A DNA stretch of 44,265 nt from positions 1-44,265 of IMG/VR virus record IMGVR_UViG_3300020044_006329, one strand, 5' to 3'. This DNA comes from a virus. Lineage: Duplodnaviria > Caudoviricetes. Below the pieces are notes generated by a model that was not told the origin of the DNA, made no database searches, and was given only the letters and a program-made list of their open reading frames with translations. Made by a program: the position numbers and the translations under genes. This document shows, one piece after another, positions 6,546 through 15,909 of the stretch; the stretch's first letter is position 1, and every line of letters starts with the position of its first letter.

Positions 6546-9119
6546 ATGATCGACAAGCCTCTTGATGAATTTAGCTTTGGGGATCAACCCGAAGATGGTT
6601 CCGATATTGAGATCGGGATTGTGAATCCTGAGGCCGTGTCGATTGAGACCGAAGACGGTGGTATGGTCATTGAGTTTGGCCCACCGGAAGAGGGGGATGG
6701 TTCTCTTGAAGACCTCCCCCACCCTGTCAACCTCGCTGAACACATCGATGATTCGGAGTTGGCTTCGATTGGGCGAAAGATTCAGGATGTCTATCAAGAG
6801 GACCTGAACTCCCGGCAAGACTGGGAGCGTGCATATAAGGATGGGTTGGATTACCTCGGTGTGAAGACTGAGGACCGGAATAAGCCTTGGGCTGGCGCGT
6901 GTGGTTTATACCACAACATGATCATGGAGGCGGCTGTTCGCTTTCAATCCAACGCCATTATGGAGATCTTCCCGGCATCTGGCCCGGTCAAGACCCAGAT
7001 TGTCGGTGACGTTACCGATGAAAAAGAAGATCAGGCGCTCAGGGTTCAGACCGACATGAACTACCTGCTCACGCAGGAGATGAAGGATTATCGCCCAGAG
7101 ACAGAGAGGATGCTCTTTGGCCTGTCGCTATGTGGATCGGCGTTTAAGAAGATCTGCTTCGACCCACTGACGGACATGCCGGATATCAAATATGTTCCGG
7201 CGCAAGAGTTTATTATGCCTTATGGCGCTACGTCTCTCAAGACTGCCAGCAGGTATATCCATGTACTCACAAAGAACATCAATGAAGTAAAGAAGCTACA
7301 GTACAGTGGGTTCTATCGAGATGTTGATCTTCAGCCGGATTACGAATCCAACTCACAACTTCAAGACAAAATTGACAAGGTTAGCTATGAATATAAGCAG
7401 GGGGACGAGGAATCCGTTACCCTTCTTGAAGCTCATATTGATCTTGATATTCCTGGGCTTGAACATGTTGATGCTGACGGCAGGGCTACTGGTATTGCAT
7501 TACCTTATGTCGTCACTGTAGACAAAGTGTCTGGCAAGGTTCTGTCTGTCTATCGGAACTGGGACGAGGATGATCCCAGGAAGAACAAGCTGATCTGGTT
7601 CTCGGCCTACAACTATGTCCCAGGGATGGGCGCTTACGGTTACGGATTGATCCATTTGATCGGCGCTAACGCGAAGGCGTCCACCGCTATCCTGCGCCAG
7701 TTGATTGATTCCGGCACTCTTGCGAATCTCCCTGGCGGGTTAAAGGCCAAGGGCATGCGTGTCGCCGGGGATGATTCTCCGATTCAGCCGGGTGAGTGGA
7801 GGGATGTTGATGTTGCCAACGGGGATATTGCTCGTTCGCTTTACCCTCTTCCTTATAAAGAGCCGTCGCAGACATTGTTCCAACTCCTCGGGAACGTAGT
7901 AGAGGATGGCCGAAGGCTTGCCTCTATCGCGGATGCTGAGATCGGGGATGTCAATTCTCAGGCTCCAGTAGGCACCACTCTCGCGATTATGGAGAGGGCG
8001 ATGAAGGTGATGAGTGCTATTCAAGCCCGTCTCCACGCCTCCCTTCAGGATGAGTTTGCGATCCTTGTTCGCGTGATCCGCGACAGTGGGTCTGATAGAT
8101 ACAAGATTGATTTCGGGCAAACGAAAGGGGACAAGCGGTCTGACTTCGATGACCGCATCGATATTATCCCTGTCTCTGACCCGAATGCGGCCACCATGTC
8201 ACAGCGCGTCATGCAGTATCAAGCTGCAATTCAACTCGCTGCACAGGCACCGCAATTCTACGACCTGCCTGAGTTGCATCGAAAGATGCTGGAAGTCCTG
8301 GGTGTGAAGGATGTGAAGAAGATTATCCCTGAAAAGATCGATGCCCCACTCCTCGATCCGATCTCGGAGAACCTGAACATCACCAACATGAAACCCGCCA
8401 AAGCGTACCAAGTGCAGGACCACGAGTCCCACATCAAGGCGCATATGGCGTATGTACAGAACCCTTCCGTCCAACAGCAATTGGGACAGAATCCTCAGGC
8501 AAACGCTATCTTCGCTGCTTTCATGGCGCACATCTCAGAGCATGTTGGCTTTGCGTACCGCGCTCAAATCGAGCAGAAGTTGGGTATTCCCCTCCCTGCC
8601 CCTGGGGAGCCGATGCCTGGAGACATTGAGTCCAATCTGTCTAAGGCGATTGCTGACGCCTCGCAGATGTTATTGCAGCAGGCTCAGGCTCAACAGCAGC
8701 AACAGCAGTTCCAGCAGCAGGCTCAGGACCCTGTTATGCAGCTTCAGCAGGCTGAGTTGCAGATCAAGCAGGCTGGGTTGCAGCAAAAGGCACAGGAATC
8801 GCAGCAGAAAGCCCAGCTTGAGATCGCTAAGAACCAGACAAAGGCTCAATTGGAGAGCGCCAGGATTCAATCTCAGGCTCAAGTTGCCCAACAGGCGGCT
8901 GTTCAACGCGCACAGCAGACTCAAAGCGAATTGGCGCTAGAGAATCAGAAGCTGCAAATCGATATTCAACGTCTCCAGAAGGAGCGCCAGGAGTCCGAAG
9001 CCAGGATTCAGGCTGATATGCAGCGCATCCAGACCGAAAACGACATGGCGAAGGCGAAGATTGCAGAGATCTTAGCCAGGATGGACTCCATGGGAGGCGA
9101 TATTGGACCTAAGGTCTAG
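6546..9119 (+). CDS. portal protein with Gln-rich C-terminal coiled coil
   Basis: Follows terL; SRQDWE, GSAFKK, YGYGLIHLIG, GTLANLPGG, APVGTTLA, IIPVSDPN motifs of this portal type. Confidence 0.92.
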   Translation: MIDKPLDEFSFGDQPEDGSDIEIGIVNPEAVSIETEDGGMVIEFGPPEEGDGSLEDLPHPVNLAEHIDDSELASIGRKIQDVYQEDLNSRQDWERAYKDGLDYLGVKTEDRNKPWAGACGLYHNMIMEAAVRFQSNAIMEIFPASGPVKTQIVGDVTDEKEDQALRVQTDMNYLLTQEMKDYRPETERMLFGLSLCGSAFKKICFDPLTDMPDIKYVPAQEFIMPYGATSLKTASRYIHVLTKNINEVKKLQYSGFYRDVDLQPDYESNSQLQDKIDKVSYEYKQGDEESVTLLEAHIDLDIPGLEHVDADGRATGIALPYVVTVDKVSGKVLSVYRNWDEDDPRKNKLIWFSAYNYVPGMGAYGYGLIHLIGANAKASTAILRQLIDSGTLANLPGGLKAKGMRVAGDDSPIQPGEWRDVDVANGDIARSLYPLPYKEPSQTLFQLLGNVVEDGRRLASIADAEIGDVNSQAPVGTTLAIMERAMKVMSAIQARLHASLQDEFAILVRVIRDSGSDRYKIDFGQTKGDKRSDFDDRIDIIPVSDPNAATMSQRVMQYQAAIQLAAQAPQFYDLPELHRKMLEVLGVKDVKKIIPEKIDAPLLDPISENLNITNMKPAKAYQVQDHESHIKAHMAYVQNPSVQQQLGQNPQANAIFAAFMAHISEHVGFAYRAQIEQKLGIPLPAPGEPMPGDIESNLSKAIADASQMLLQQAQAQQQQQQFQQQAQDPVMQLQQAELQIKQAGLQQKAQESQQKAQLEIAKNQTKAQLESARIQSQAQVAQQAAVQRAQQTQSELALENQKLQIDIQRLQKERQESEARIQADMQRIQTENDMAKAKIAEILARMDSMGGDIGPKV

Positions 9120-9297
9120 GTTCTTTAAGCGAATTGACGAGCTTTCAGAGACAAACGCCACCCATCTTGTCTCTGGTTCGTGCGGTGACTACGCCGAATA
9201 CAAAATGATGGTTGGAAAACTCGCAGGACTCCAGCAAGCTAGGCAGGAATTCCAGGAAATCTGGGACAAACTTGTCCAGCGAACCGAAGAGGACTGA
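9103..9297 (+). CDS. small hypothetical protein of the head module
   Basis: Overlaps portal end; DYAEYKMMVGKLAGL motif. Confidence 0.7.
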   Translation: MDLRSRFFKRIDELSETNATHLVSGSCGDYAEYKMMVGKLAGLQQARQEFQEIWDKLVQRTEED

Positions 9298-9329
9298 CGC
9301 AAACGCTGTTTTAGCGCAAAAAGGACAAC

Positions 9330-9665
9330 ATGAACACACTCCCAACTCCGGTTGGCTACAAGATCCTCGTCAAGATGCATAAAGTTGTAGAGGATAAGAC
9401 GAAAGGGGGGCTGTATCTCCCCGATCAGACCAAGCAGGATGAGAATACTGCATCGTTAATCGCACAGGTGGTCGCCGTTGGGTGCGATTGTTATAAGGAT
9501 TCAACTAGATTCCCTAATGGACCCTGGTGTTCCGTGGGTGACTACGTTGTTTTGCGTAGTTATTCTGGCACTCGGATTAAAGTAGACGGCGAAGAGTATC
9601 GTCTCATCAACGATGACACTCCTGAGGCGGTTGTTCCGTCACCTGAGAGCGTAGAGAGGGTCTAA
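9330..9665 (+). CDS. groES: GroES/Cpn10-like co-chaperonin
   Basis: PVGYKILVK...KTKGGLYLPD...VVAVG...VGDYV...YSGTRIKVDGEEYRLINDD. Confidence 0.9.
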   Translation: MNTLPTPVGYKILVKMHKVVEDKTKGGLYLPDQTKQDENTASLIAQVVAVGCDCYKDSTRFPNGPWCSVGDYVVLRSYSGTRIKVDGEEYRLINDDTPEAVVPSPESVERV

Positions 9666-10666
9666 TGGCTGAAGAATACATGGAATCAGACCTCATTGTC
9701 CCTGGCACTCAGGATCAATCTACCGAGGATTCGGCTCAGGTAGAGGAGAATCTCGATATTGAGGTTATTGACGACACTCCTCCTGAAGATCGGCGTCCTC
9801 CTCGCGACGAATCCAAGGAAGCCGCCCCACAAAGCGAAGAAGACGAGCTTAAGAATTACTCTGAGGGCGTACAGAAGCGAATCAAGCGGCTGAAGTATGA
9901 GTTTCACGAAGAGCGCCGTCAAAAAGAAAGGGCTTTCCGTGAACAGCAGGAGGCTCTTGGCTATGCAGCGGCTCTTCAGCAGCAACTCGACCACTTCCGC
10001 CAGCAGAACGAAGCCAGTCAGCGTGCGTTAATCCACACTACGGTCAAGCAGAAGGCGTCCGACCTGGATTCCGCCAAGCGGGAACTTCGGGAAGCATATG
10101 AAGCTGGCGATACGGATAAGATGGCTTCGGCGCAAGAGAAGATCGCCGTACTTGCCAACGAAAAGCGTGCGCTTGAATCGTACACCCCGCCCTCTTCCTC
10201 TGGTGTAAGCTATTTACAACCACAGGAAACACAGCAAGCGTATGTGCCTCCCCAGCCTGCACCCCAACCTCAGGCACCACAGGTATCCGCCAAGGCTGTT
10301 ATGTGGAAAGAGCGTAATCCATGGTTCGGCCAGGACATGGCACTCACTGGATACGCGATTGACATCCATAGCAAGCTGGTCTCCGCTGGAGTTGACCCAG
10401 AATCTGATCAATACTACGAGGCTATCGACGGCGCTGTGGGTCAATTCAAGAACAACATTCCTGGGTCGCAAGGTGATAAGCCTGCCACCCCAGCACAAGC
10501 AAAGCCTAAGAACGGAGTCGTCATTAGTTCGTCTCGCACGCCTAATGGGCAGACCCGCACCAAAGTCCAGCTTACCGAGTCGGCTATCGCCGTCGCCAAG
10601 CGCTTGGGAATCACCCCCCAGCAGTACGCAAAAGAACTACTGAAGCAGCAGAAGGAGATGGAATAA
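9665..10666 (+). CDS. probable capsid scaffolding protein
   Basis: Acidic N-terminus, coiled coil, WKERNPWF, C-terminal AKRLGITPQQYAK; position between portal and capsid. Confidence 0.7.
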   Translation: MAEEYMESDLIVPGTQDQSTEDSAQVEENLDIEVIDDTPPEDRRPPRDESKEAAPQSEEDELKNYSEGVQKRIKRLKYEFHEERRQKERAFREQQEALGYAAALQQQLDHFRQQNEASQRALIHTTVKQKASDLDSAKRELREAYEAGDTDKMASAQEKIAVLANEKRALESYTPPSSSGVSYLQPQETQQAYVPPQPAPQPQAPQVSAKAVMWKERNPWFGQDMALTGYAIDIHSKLVSAGVDPESDQYYEAIDGAVGQFKNNIPGSQGDKPATPAQAKPKNGVVISSSRTPNGQTRTKVQLTESAIAVAKRLGITPQQYAKELLKQQKEME

Positions 10667-10667
10667 C

Positions 10668-11108
10668 ATGAAGCCAAATCGTGAGATGGAAACCCGCGAA
10701 TCCCAATCGCGCACTGAAAACTGGAAGCCGCCCTCGCTTTTGCCAGACCCTATCCCCAGCGCTGACTGGGTGTACCGTTGGGTCCGTAAATCTATTCGTG
10801 GTGAGTCTGACCCATCGAACGTGTCCATGCGCCTCCGAGAAGGCTGGTCCGTTGCCAGAGCAGAAGATCATCCTGAGATCATGGCAGAGATCATTATGAA
10901 TGAATCGAAGAGTGGCACTATCGAGATCGGTGGCTTAATTCTCTGTAAAACTGCCCGGTCCATGGCGGAGCAAAGAAATCGTTATTTCGATGATTTGACC
11001 CGCAGACAGGCTGATGCGGTAAACAATAATCTCATGAAGGAAAACGACTCTCGTATGCCACTGTTCAAGGACAGTAGCACGAAGGTCACCTTCGGAACAG
11101 GAAATTAG
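10668..11108 (+). CDS. head-module hypothetical protein
   Basis: WKPPSLLP, YRWVR, LREGW, IEIGGLILCK motifs; operon packing. Confidence 0.75.
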   Translation: MKPNREMETRESQSRTENWKPPSLLPDPIPSADWVYRWVRKSIRGESDPSNVSMRLREGWSVARAEDHPEIMAEIIMNESKSGTIEIGGLILCKTARSMAEQRNRYFDDLTRRQADAVNNNLMKENDSRMPLFKDSSTKVTFGTGN

Positions 11109-11117
11109 AGGATAGAA

Positions 11118-11714
11118 ATGGCTTCCACTGCTACTCCCTACGGCCTGATCCCCTATGAGTTGGCTGGCGCTGCTCTCCGTGGCGCTGCTCGGAAGTTCCC
11201 CATCGGGGCGGACAATACGAACGCCATCTACTTTGGATCTCCCGTTAGTTTGAACTCCGGCGTCATCACTGTGTGTGGCGCTACCCCCACGACTACCCGC
11301 AACGCGAATACTCCGGTTGGCATTTTTGTCGGCTGCGAGTACGTCGATGCCACTGGTCGTCCGACTTGGGCGCAGTACCTCCCGGCTTCTGCGACTACGG
11401 CTGGTTTGACCAAGATCTATGTGTACGTTGTTGACGACTCCCGCGTTGTCTTCAGGGTGCAAGCGGACGGTTCCGTAGCCACCACCAGCCTGGGCAAGAA
11501 CGCTCCTCTTGGTAGCGTTACCTCTGGCTCGACCACTAGCGGCAACTCTTCCTGCAATTTGACCTCTGCGTCGATTGCTACGACCAATACCCTGGCAGTG
11601 AAGATCATCGGGTTCGTCGATTCGGTTTACTCGACGGCTGGCGATGCCTACACTGATTGCCTCGTTGTCTGGAATCAGGGCGTTCACGCCTACCAGAACG
11701 CGACTGGCGCGTAA
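11118..11714 (+). CDS. probable capsid decoration / minor capsid protein
   Basis: Thr/Ala/Gly-rich, directly upstream of MCP; PYGLIP, VGIFVGCEY motifs. Confidence 0.65.
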   Translation: MASTATPYGLIPYELAGAALRGAARKFPIGADNTNAIYFGSPVSLNSGVITVCGATPTTTRNANTPVGIFVGCEYVDATGRPTWAQYLPASATTAGLTKIYVYVVDDSRVVFRVQADGSVATTSLGKNAPLGSVTSGSTTSGNSSCNLTSASIATTNTLAVKIIGFVDSVYSTAGDAYTDCLVVWNQGVHAYQNATGA

Positions 11715-11742
11715 GAGCTGAACAAGGAAAGGAGAATCAATC

Positions 11743-12654
11743 ATGGCGATCACTCGTTCACAGATGTTGAAAGAGCTTGTCCCTGGCCTGAACGCCTTGT
11801 TCGGTTTGGAATACGCTCGGTACGGCGAAGAGCATAAGGAGATCTTTGAGATCTCTAGCTCGGAACGCGCCTTTGAAGAAGAAGTGAAGTTGTCTGGCTT
11901 TGGCACTGCCCCGGTTAAATCCGAAGGTGGAGTTATTGCTTACGACAACGCGCAGGAAGCGTATACCTCCCGGTACACGCACGAGACGATTGCTCTCGGC
12001 TTTGCGATTACCGAAGAAGCGATGGAAGACAACCTGTATGTCTCTGTCGCCCAGCGGTACACCAAGGCTCTGGCGCGTGCGTTTGCCAACACTAAGCAAG
12101 TGAAGGGCGCGAACGTGTTGAACAATGCGTTCAATGCTTCCTACACTGGCGGCGACGGCAAGCGGCTTTGCGCCCCGGATCACCCGCTTGTCACTGGCGG
12201 GTCGAACTCCAACCGTCCGACGACTGGCGCTGACCTCAACGAAACCTCGCTTGAGGCTGCGATCATTCAGATCGCCGGGTGGACGGATGAGCGTGGCCTG
12301 CTGATCGCTGCGAAGCCTCGCAAGCTGATCGTCCCGCCTGCTCTGATGTTCGTTGCGGAGCGCCTGTTGAAGTCGGTTCTGCGTACCAGCACGGCTGACA
12401 ACGACATCAACGCCATCTACAACCTGTCGTCGGTGCCGGAAGGCTACACGGTCAACCACTGGTTGACGGACACGAATGCGTGGTTCATGAAGACGGATGT
12501 GCCGAACGGCCTGAAGATGTTCGAGCGCGTCAATCTGAAGACCTCGGCAGAAGGTGACTTCGAGACGGGGAACATGCGGTACAAGGGACGCGAGCGCTAC
12601 AGCCTAGGTTGGTCAGACCCCCTCGGGCTGTACGGATCTCCTGGGGCGTCTTAG
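11743..12654 (+). CDS. major capsid protein (Mu gpT-like)
   Basis: MAITRSQMLKELVPGLNALFGLEY, SSERAFEEE, RYTHETIALGF, KLIVPPAL, GDFETGNMRYK-RERYS-GWSDP; strong SD AAGGAG. Confidence 0.92.
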   Translation: MAITRSQMLKELVPGLNALFGLEYARYGEEHKEIFEISSSERAFEEEVKLSGFGTAPVKSEGGVIAYDNAQEAYTSRYTHETIALGFAITEEAMEDNLYVSVAQRYTKALARAFANTKQVKGANVLNNAFNASYTGGDGKRLCAPDHPLVTGGSNSNRPTTGADLNETSLEAAIIQIAGWTDERGLLIAAKPRKLIVPPALMFVAERLLKSVLRTSTADNDINAIYNLSSVPEGYTVNHWLTDTNAWFMKTDVPNGLKMFERVNLKTSAEGDFETGNMRYKGRERYSLGWSDPLGLYGSPGAS

Positions 12655-12668
12655 GGTATAATGGGGGC

Positions 12669-13589
12669 ATGACCCCCATTACCCGCGAACAAGCAATACA
12701 ACAAGGGCTTCAGCACTACTTCACAGGCAAGCCCTGCCCAAGAGGACACATCGCACTGCGCTTTGTGTCCTCTTTTGGCTGTAAGGAGTGCGCTGTTTAT
12801 TTTGCCAGGGAATACAGATCTTCTGCCCCTACTGACAAGAAGGCTTTAATTCTAGAAAAGAAGAATGAAGCCAGGAGGTCCGTAGCGGTAGAAAAGAAAA
12901 AGATCAAGGATTTCATTGAGAGCGAGAGGAGAAGGTCTGTTCGTGAATTGATGCTATCTATGGGATTGGACCTTCCGTTCTCGAGGTCCGAGGCTAACAA
13001 CTCTGGATCTATGTATTATTTCAATGGAGTCGAGTGTAAAAGAGGGCATTTCGATAAAAGGTTTTCTGATTCAGGGAACTGCTATACCTGCCAAAAAGAG
13101 AACAGCAAAAAGAACAGGCAGAAACCAGAGCAGAGGCCAAAGGTTCTTGCTAGGAAGAAAAGAGACTACTACAAGAACAAGGATAAGAGGCAGGCCGCAT
13201 CTAAGAAGTATGCCCTTCTAAATAAAGAGCGGCTCAAACAGAAGGCCAAGGAATACCAAAAGAAGAACCCTCACATCTATCGCGCCATCGGCTCCTTCCG
13301 TCGCGCCCGTCTCCGCAATGCCACTCCTCCCTGGATCACCCTTCAAATGCGAGAAGATATTAAATCACTTCACGCGCAAGCAGAACTCCTTGAACTTCAA
13401 GCTGGTATACAATTCGATGTAGATCATATTGTCCAACTTGACGGCAAGACAGTCTGTGGACTCCATGTTCCGTGGAACCTCAGGCTCCTGAAGCACTCGG
13501 ACAATATATCCAGACCCAAGCACTTCGTCGATGAACATATCGGCAGGTGTGAGGAACCAATTCAATACAACCTCACTCAGACTGCATAG
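12669..13589 (+). CDS. free-standing HNH (homing) endonuclease with two CxxGH...CxxC zinc modules
   Basis: YFTGKPCPRGH...CKEC and YFNGVECKRGH...CYTC; ATPPW; VDHIVQL...VCGLHVPWNL; ATG 6 nt after TATAAT. Confidence 0.9.
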   Translation: MTPITREQAIQQGLQHYFTGKPCPRGHIALRFVSSFGCKECAVYFAREYRSSAPTDKKALILEKKNEARRSVAVEKKKIKDFIESERRRSVRELMLSMGLDLPFSRSEANNSGSMYYFNGVECKRGHFDKRFSDSGNCYTCQKENSKKNRQKPEQRPKVLARKKRDYYKNKDKRQAASKKYALLNKERLKQKAKEYQKKNPHIYRAIGSFRRARLRNATPPWITLQMREDIKSLHAQAELLELQAGIQFDVDHIVQLDGKTVCGLHVPWNLRLLKHSDNISRPKHFVDEHIGRCEEPIQYNLTQTA

Positions 13590-13632
13590 CAGACGTTCTG
13601 GGAGACGGAGTGAGGGTTCCCCCAGAAGGAGA
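13569..13632 (+). ncRNA. structured cis element upstream of post-capsid gene (candidate Mu-gpT-DE-like motif)
   Basis: CCTCACTC/GAGTGAGG stem, CTGC-ATA-GCAG hairpin, TTCTGGG/CCCAGAA pseudoknot abutting the SD; downstream of a gpT-like capsid gene. Confidence 0.6.
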
Positions 13633-13638
13633 ATCTCA

Positions 13639-14067
13639 ATGGCTAACACCACTTTTTCCGGCCCGGTACGTTCCGGCACCACCCGTGAAGGCGCTACCAC
13701 CAACCTCGGCCTTTGCGTTCTTTCGCAGACGGCCCTTATGACGCAGAACAGCACGAGCGTAGTTGATGCCACGTTCTACCTGCCTGCCAACGCTCAGATC
13801 CTGAGCTTCAACTTTGATGTCCTGACGGCGTTCAACTCTGCCACCTCTGCTACCCTTTCGGCTGGCACGGCTTCTGGCGGAACTCAGTATGCCAGCAGCG
13901 TTGACGTGAAGACCGCTACGGGACGCATTGCGCCCACGCTGACGGCCACCCAGTTGACGAACATGTCTGACGTGACGACGAACACTACGCTCGTTGTCTC
14001 GATCACTCCTGTTGGCGCTACCTCTGCGGGTTCGGTTCGCGCTACCGTCATCTACGTTCAGAAGTAA
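13639..14067 (+). CDS. virion structural protein (142 aa, MANTTFSGPVRS...)
   Basis: ATG at 13639 after AAGGAG; beta-rich Thr/Ser composition. Confidence 0.75.
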   Translation: MANTTFSGPVRSGTTREGATTNLGLCVLSQTALMTQNSTSVVDATFYLPANAQILSFNFDVLTAFNSATSATLSAGTASGGTQYASSVDVKTATGRIAPTLTATQLTNMSDVTTNTTLVVSITPVGATSAGSVRATVIYVQK

Positions 14068-14081
14068 AGAAGGAGGGCGCT

Positions 14082-14411
14082 ATGGGTAAGCCTGTTCGCA
14101 TTTCTGTGACTGGGGTTGCTACTAGCGCCCCGGTACCTTTGAGTACGTTGACGGATTCCCCGTTTAACGTGACGCTTGGCGTGTATGGAGGTGCTGGATG
14201 CACCTACACCGTACAGTTCACGCTGGACGATATCTTTGCGTCTGGATATGTTGCTGGCTCCGGCACTTGGATTGATCACCCTGATGCCACCTCCCAGACC
14301 GGGAACACGGTAGTCATGCTTGTCTCTCCTGTCACGGCAGTCAGGTTGAATCAGACTATCGGCGCGGCGGCAAGCACGTTCTTTGTCTGCCAGTCTGGGA
14401 ACATGGAGTAA
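14082..14411 (+). CDS. putative structural protein
   Basis: AAGGAGG SD; YTVQFTLDD, PVTAVRLN motifs. Confidence 0.7.
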   Translation: MGKPVRISVTGVATSAPVPLSTLTDSPFNVTLGVYGGAGCTYTVQFTLDDIFASGYVAGSGTWIDHPDATSQTGNTVVMLVSPVTAVRLNQTIGAAASTFFVCQSGNME

Positions 14412-14414
14412 AGC

Positions 14415-15899
14415 ATGGGAAACATTACTATCCAAGGTGATCTGACCGGGGGTGTTCCTGGCGGAGAAGTAGGAGGTGGGAACAACCTCACCACCACCGG
14501 CGCGATCCCCTACGTCACGTCGTCGGGCGTGCTGGGGCAGGATGCGAAAGTAAATTGGCTTACGGCTACATCGACTTTTTCTGTTGGCGGGAATGCTACG
14601 AGCGGGGATATTACCTCGTTTTTGGCGAAATCCGCGCAAACGAATTTGCTGGCCTCTGGTGGGGCGCATGGGTTTCGGGATGAAAGCACCTACAATCCCG
14701 GTAGCGGGAGTGGCGGTTACGCTTCCTACGATGCAATTCCCGTATATACAAGTTCCGGCTCACAGAATCATATCAATACTTTCCAATCTCGTCCGAATTA
14801 TGCAGGATCAGGAACTATAGATCAGATTGCTGGACATACATTTCAGCCAACTATGTCTGGCGTTGGAGCAGCGACAATAACTGCCGGATTGGTAGTAGCT
14901 GATGCGCTTGGGACAGGACCAATCACTACCCAATATGGGTTACTCGTGCAACCACTCACGCGAGGCGCTGGCAATTATGGTGTCTACGTGCAGGGGGCAA
15001 ACCCCTCGTATTTTGGCGGCAACGTGCAGAGTGGAGGGACTGTCCAAGGCACGGGCATGCGAATTTCTACTGGGTTTACGACCTATGGCGGGATTATCTC
15101 GAATGATGCGTCCGGCAACTTTTTGGCTAACCCTAATCTAACTATCGTTAACGGCGTGCTGACGATGGCAAATGGCGCCACTTCTAAGGTATTGGCGTCT
15201 GCTACCGCGCTAGAATTGGAATCGACATCCGGGGCAGTGATCTTTAAGCCATCAGCAACCGAACGCGCCCGCTTCGCCGCCACCACCGGCAACCTCCTCA
15301 TCGGCGGCACAACCGACGGCAACTACCGCCTCGACGTGCAATCCAAGGGCACCACCGGGGCCTTCAGGGTCTGGGACCAAACCGCCACCACCGGCACCAC
15401 GTTGGCGGTGATTCAGGCGGGGCAGGGGCAGAGCGGGAATTTGCTGAGCGTGCGGAATTATGCGGGGACGGAGCTGGCCGGTATCAGCTTAAATGGATAC
15501 CTGAACGTTCCGGGGCAATATTGGGGGAGTGGAACAGGAAAGGCTGACCTCAATTACTATTCGCCCGGAATGACCATGGCGTCTGACTGGGCGTACAAGT
15601 TTTCGTCCAACACCTCAGCAAGCGGATCTCCCGACCTCGGCCTAGCCCGCAACGCCGCAGGCGTCCTCGAAATCAACAACGGCACGGCGGGGACGCTGCG
15701 GGATCTTTACCTTCGCCGACTGAGATATGAAGGCGTTGCCGTCACCAACCTCCCCGCTGCCGCTGCCGGTAACGCTGGCACCATTCAATACGTCACAGAT
15801 GCACTCGGGCCTGCGGTTGGCGTTGCGGTCGTCGGTGGCGGCGCAGTACCAGTTATGGTGTGGTCTAACGGGACCGCATGGAAAATCTTCGCAAGCTAA
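14415..15899 (+). CDS. fibre/spike-like protein (mosaic)
   Basis: Gly/Thr/Ser-rich; TERARF...GNLLIG-T...YRLDV fibre repeat motif. Confidence 0.7.
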   Translation: MGNITIQGDLTGGVPGGEVGGGNNLTTTGAIPYVTSSGVLGQDAKVNWLTATSTFSVGGNATSGDITSFLAKSAQTNLLASGGAHGFRDESTYNPGSGSGGYASYDAIPVYTSSGSQNHINTFQSRPNYAGSGTIDQIAGHTFQPTMSGVGAATITAGLVVADALGTGPITTQYGLLVQPLTRGAGNYGVYVQGANPSYFGGNVQSGGTVQGTGMRISTGFTTYGGIISNDASGNFLANPNLTIVNGVLTMANGATSKVLASATALELESTSGAVIFKPSATERARFAATTGNLLIGGTTDGNYRLDVQSKGTTGAFRVWDQTATTGTTLAVIQAGQGQSGNLLSVRNYAGTELAGISLNGYLNVPGQYWGSGTGKADLNYYSPGMTMASDWAYKFSSNTSASGSPDLGLARNAAGVLEINNGTAGTLRDLYLRRLRYEGVAVTNLPAAAAGNAGTIQYVTDALGPAVGVAVVGGGAVPVMVWSNGTAWKIFAS

Positions 15900-15909
15900 G
15901 GAAACTAAT

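Noticed and set aside
10935-12459. Long antisense ORFs (323 aa, 233 aa) over capsid genes, and similar shadow ORFs elsewhere
   Set aside because: Mirror frames of strongly codon-biased genes; no motifs or SD
12655-13638. Group I intron carrying the HNH
   Set aside because: MCP ends with a normal C-terminus and stop, the HNH starts 14 nt later, and no intron core is visible
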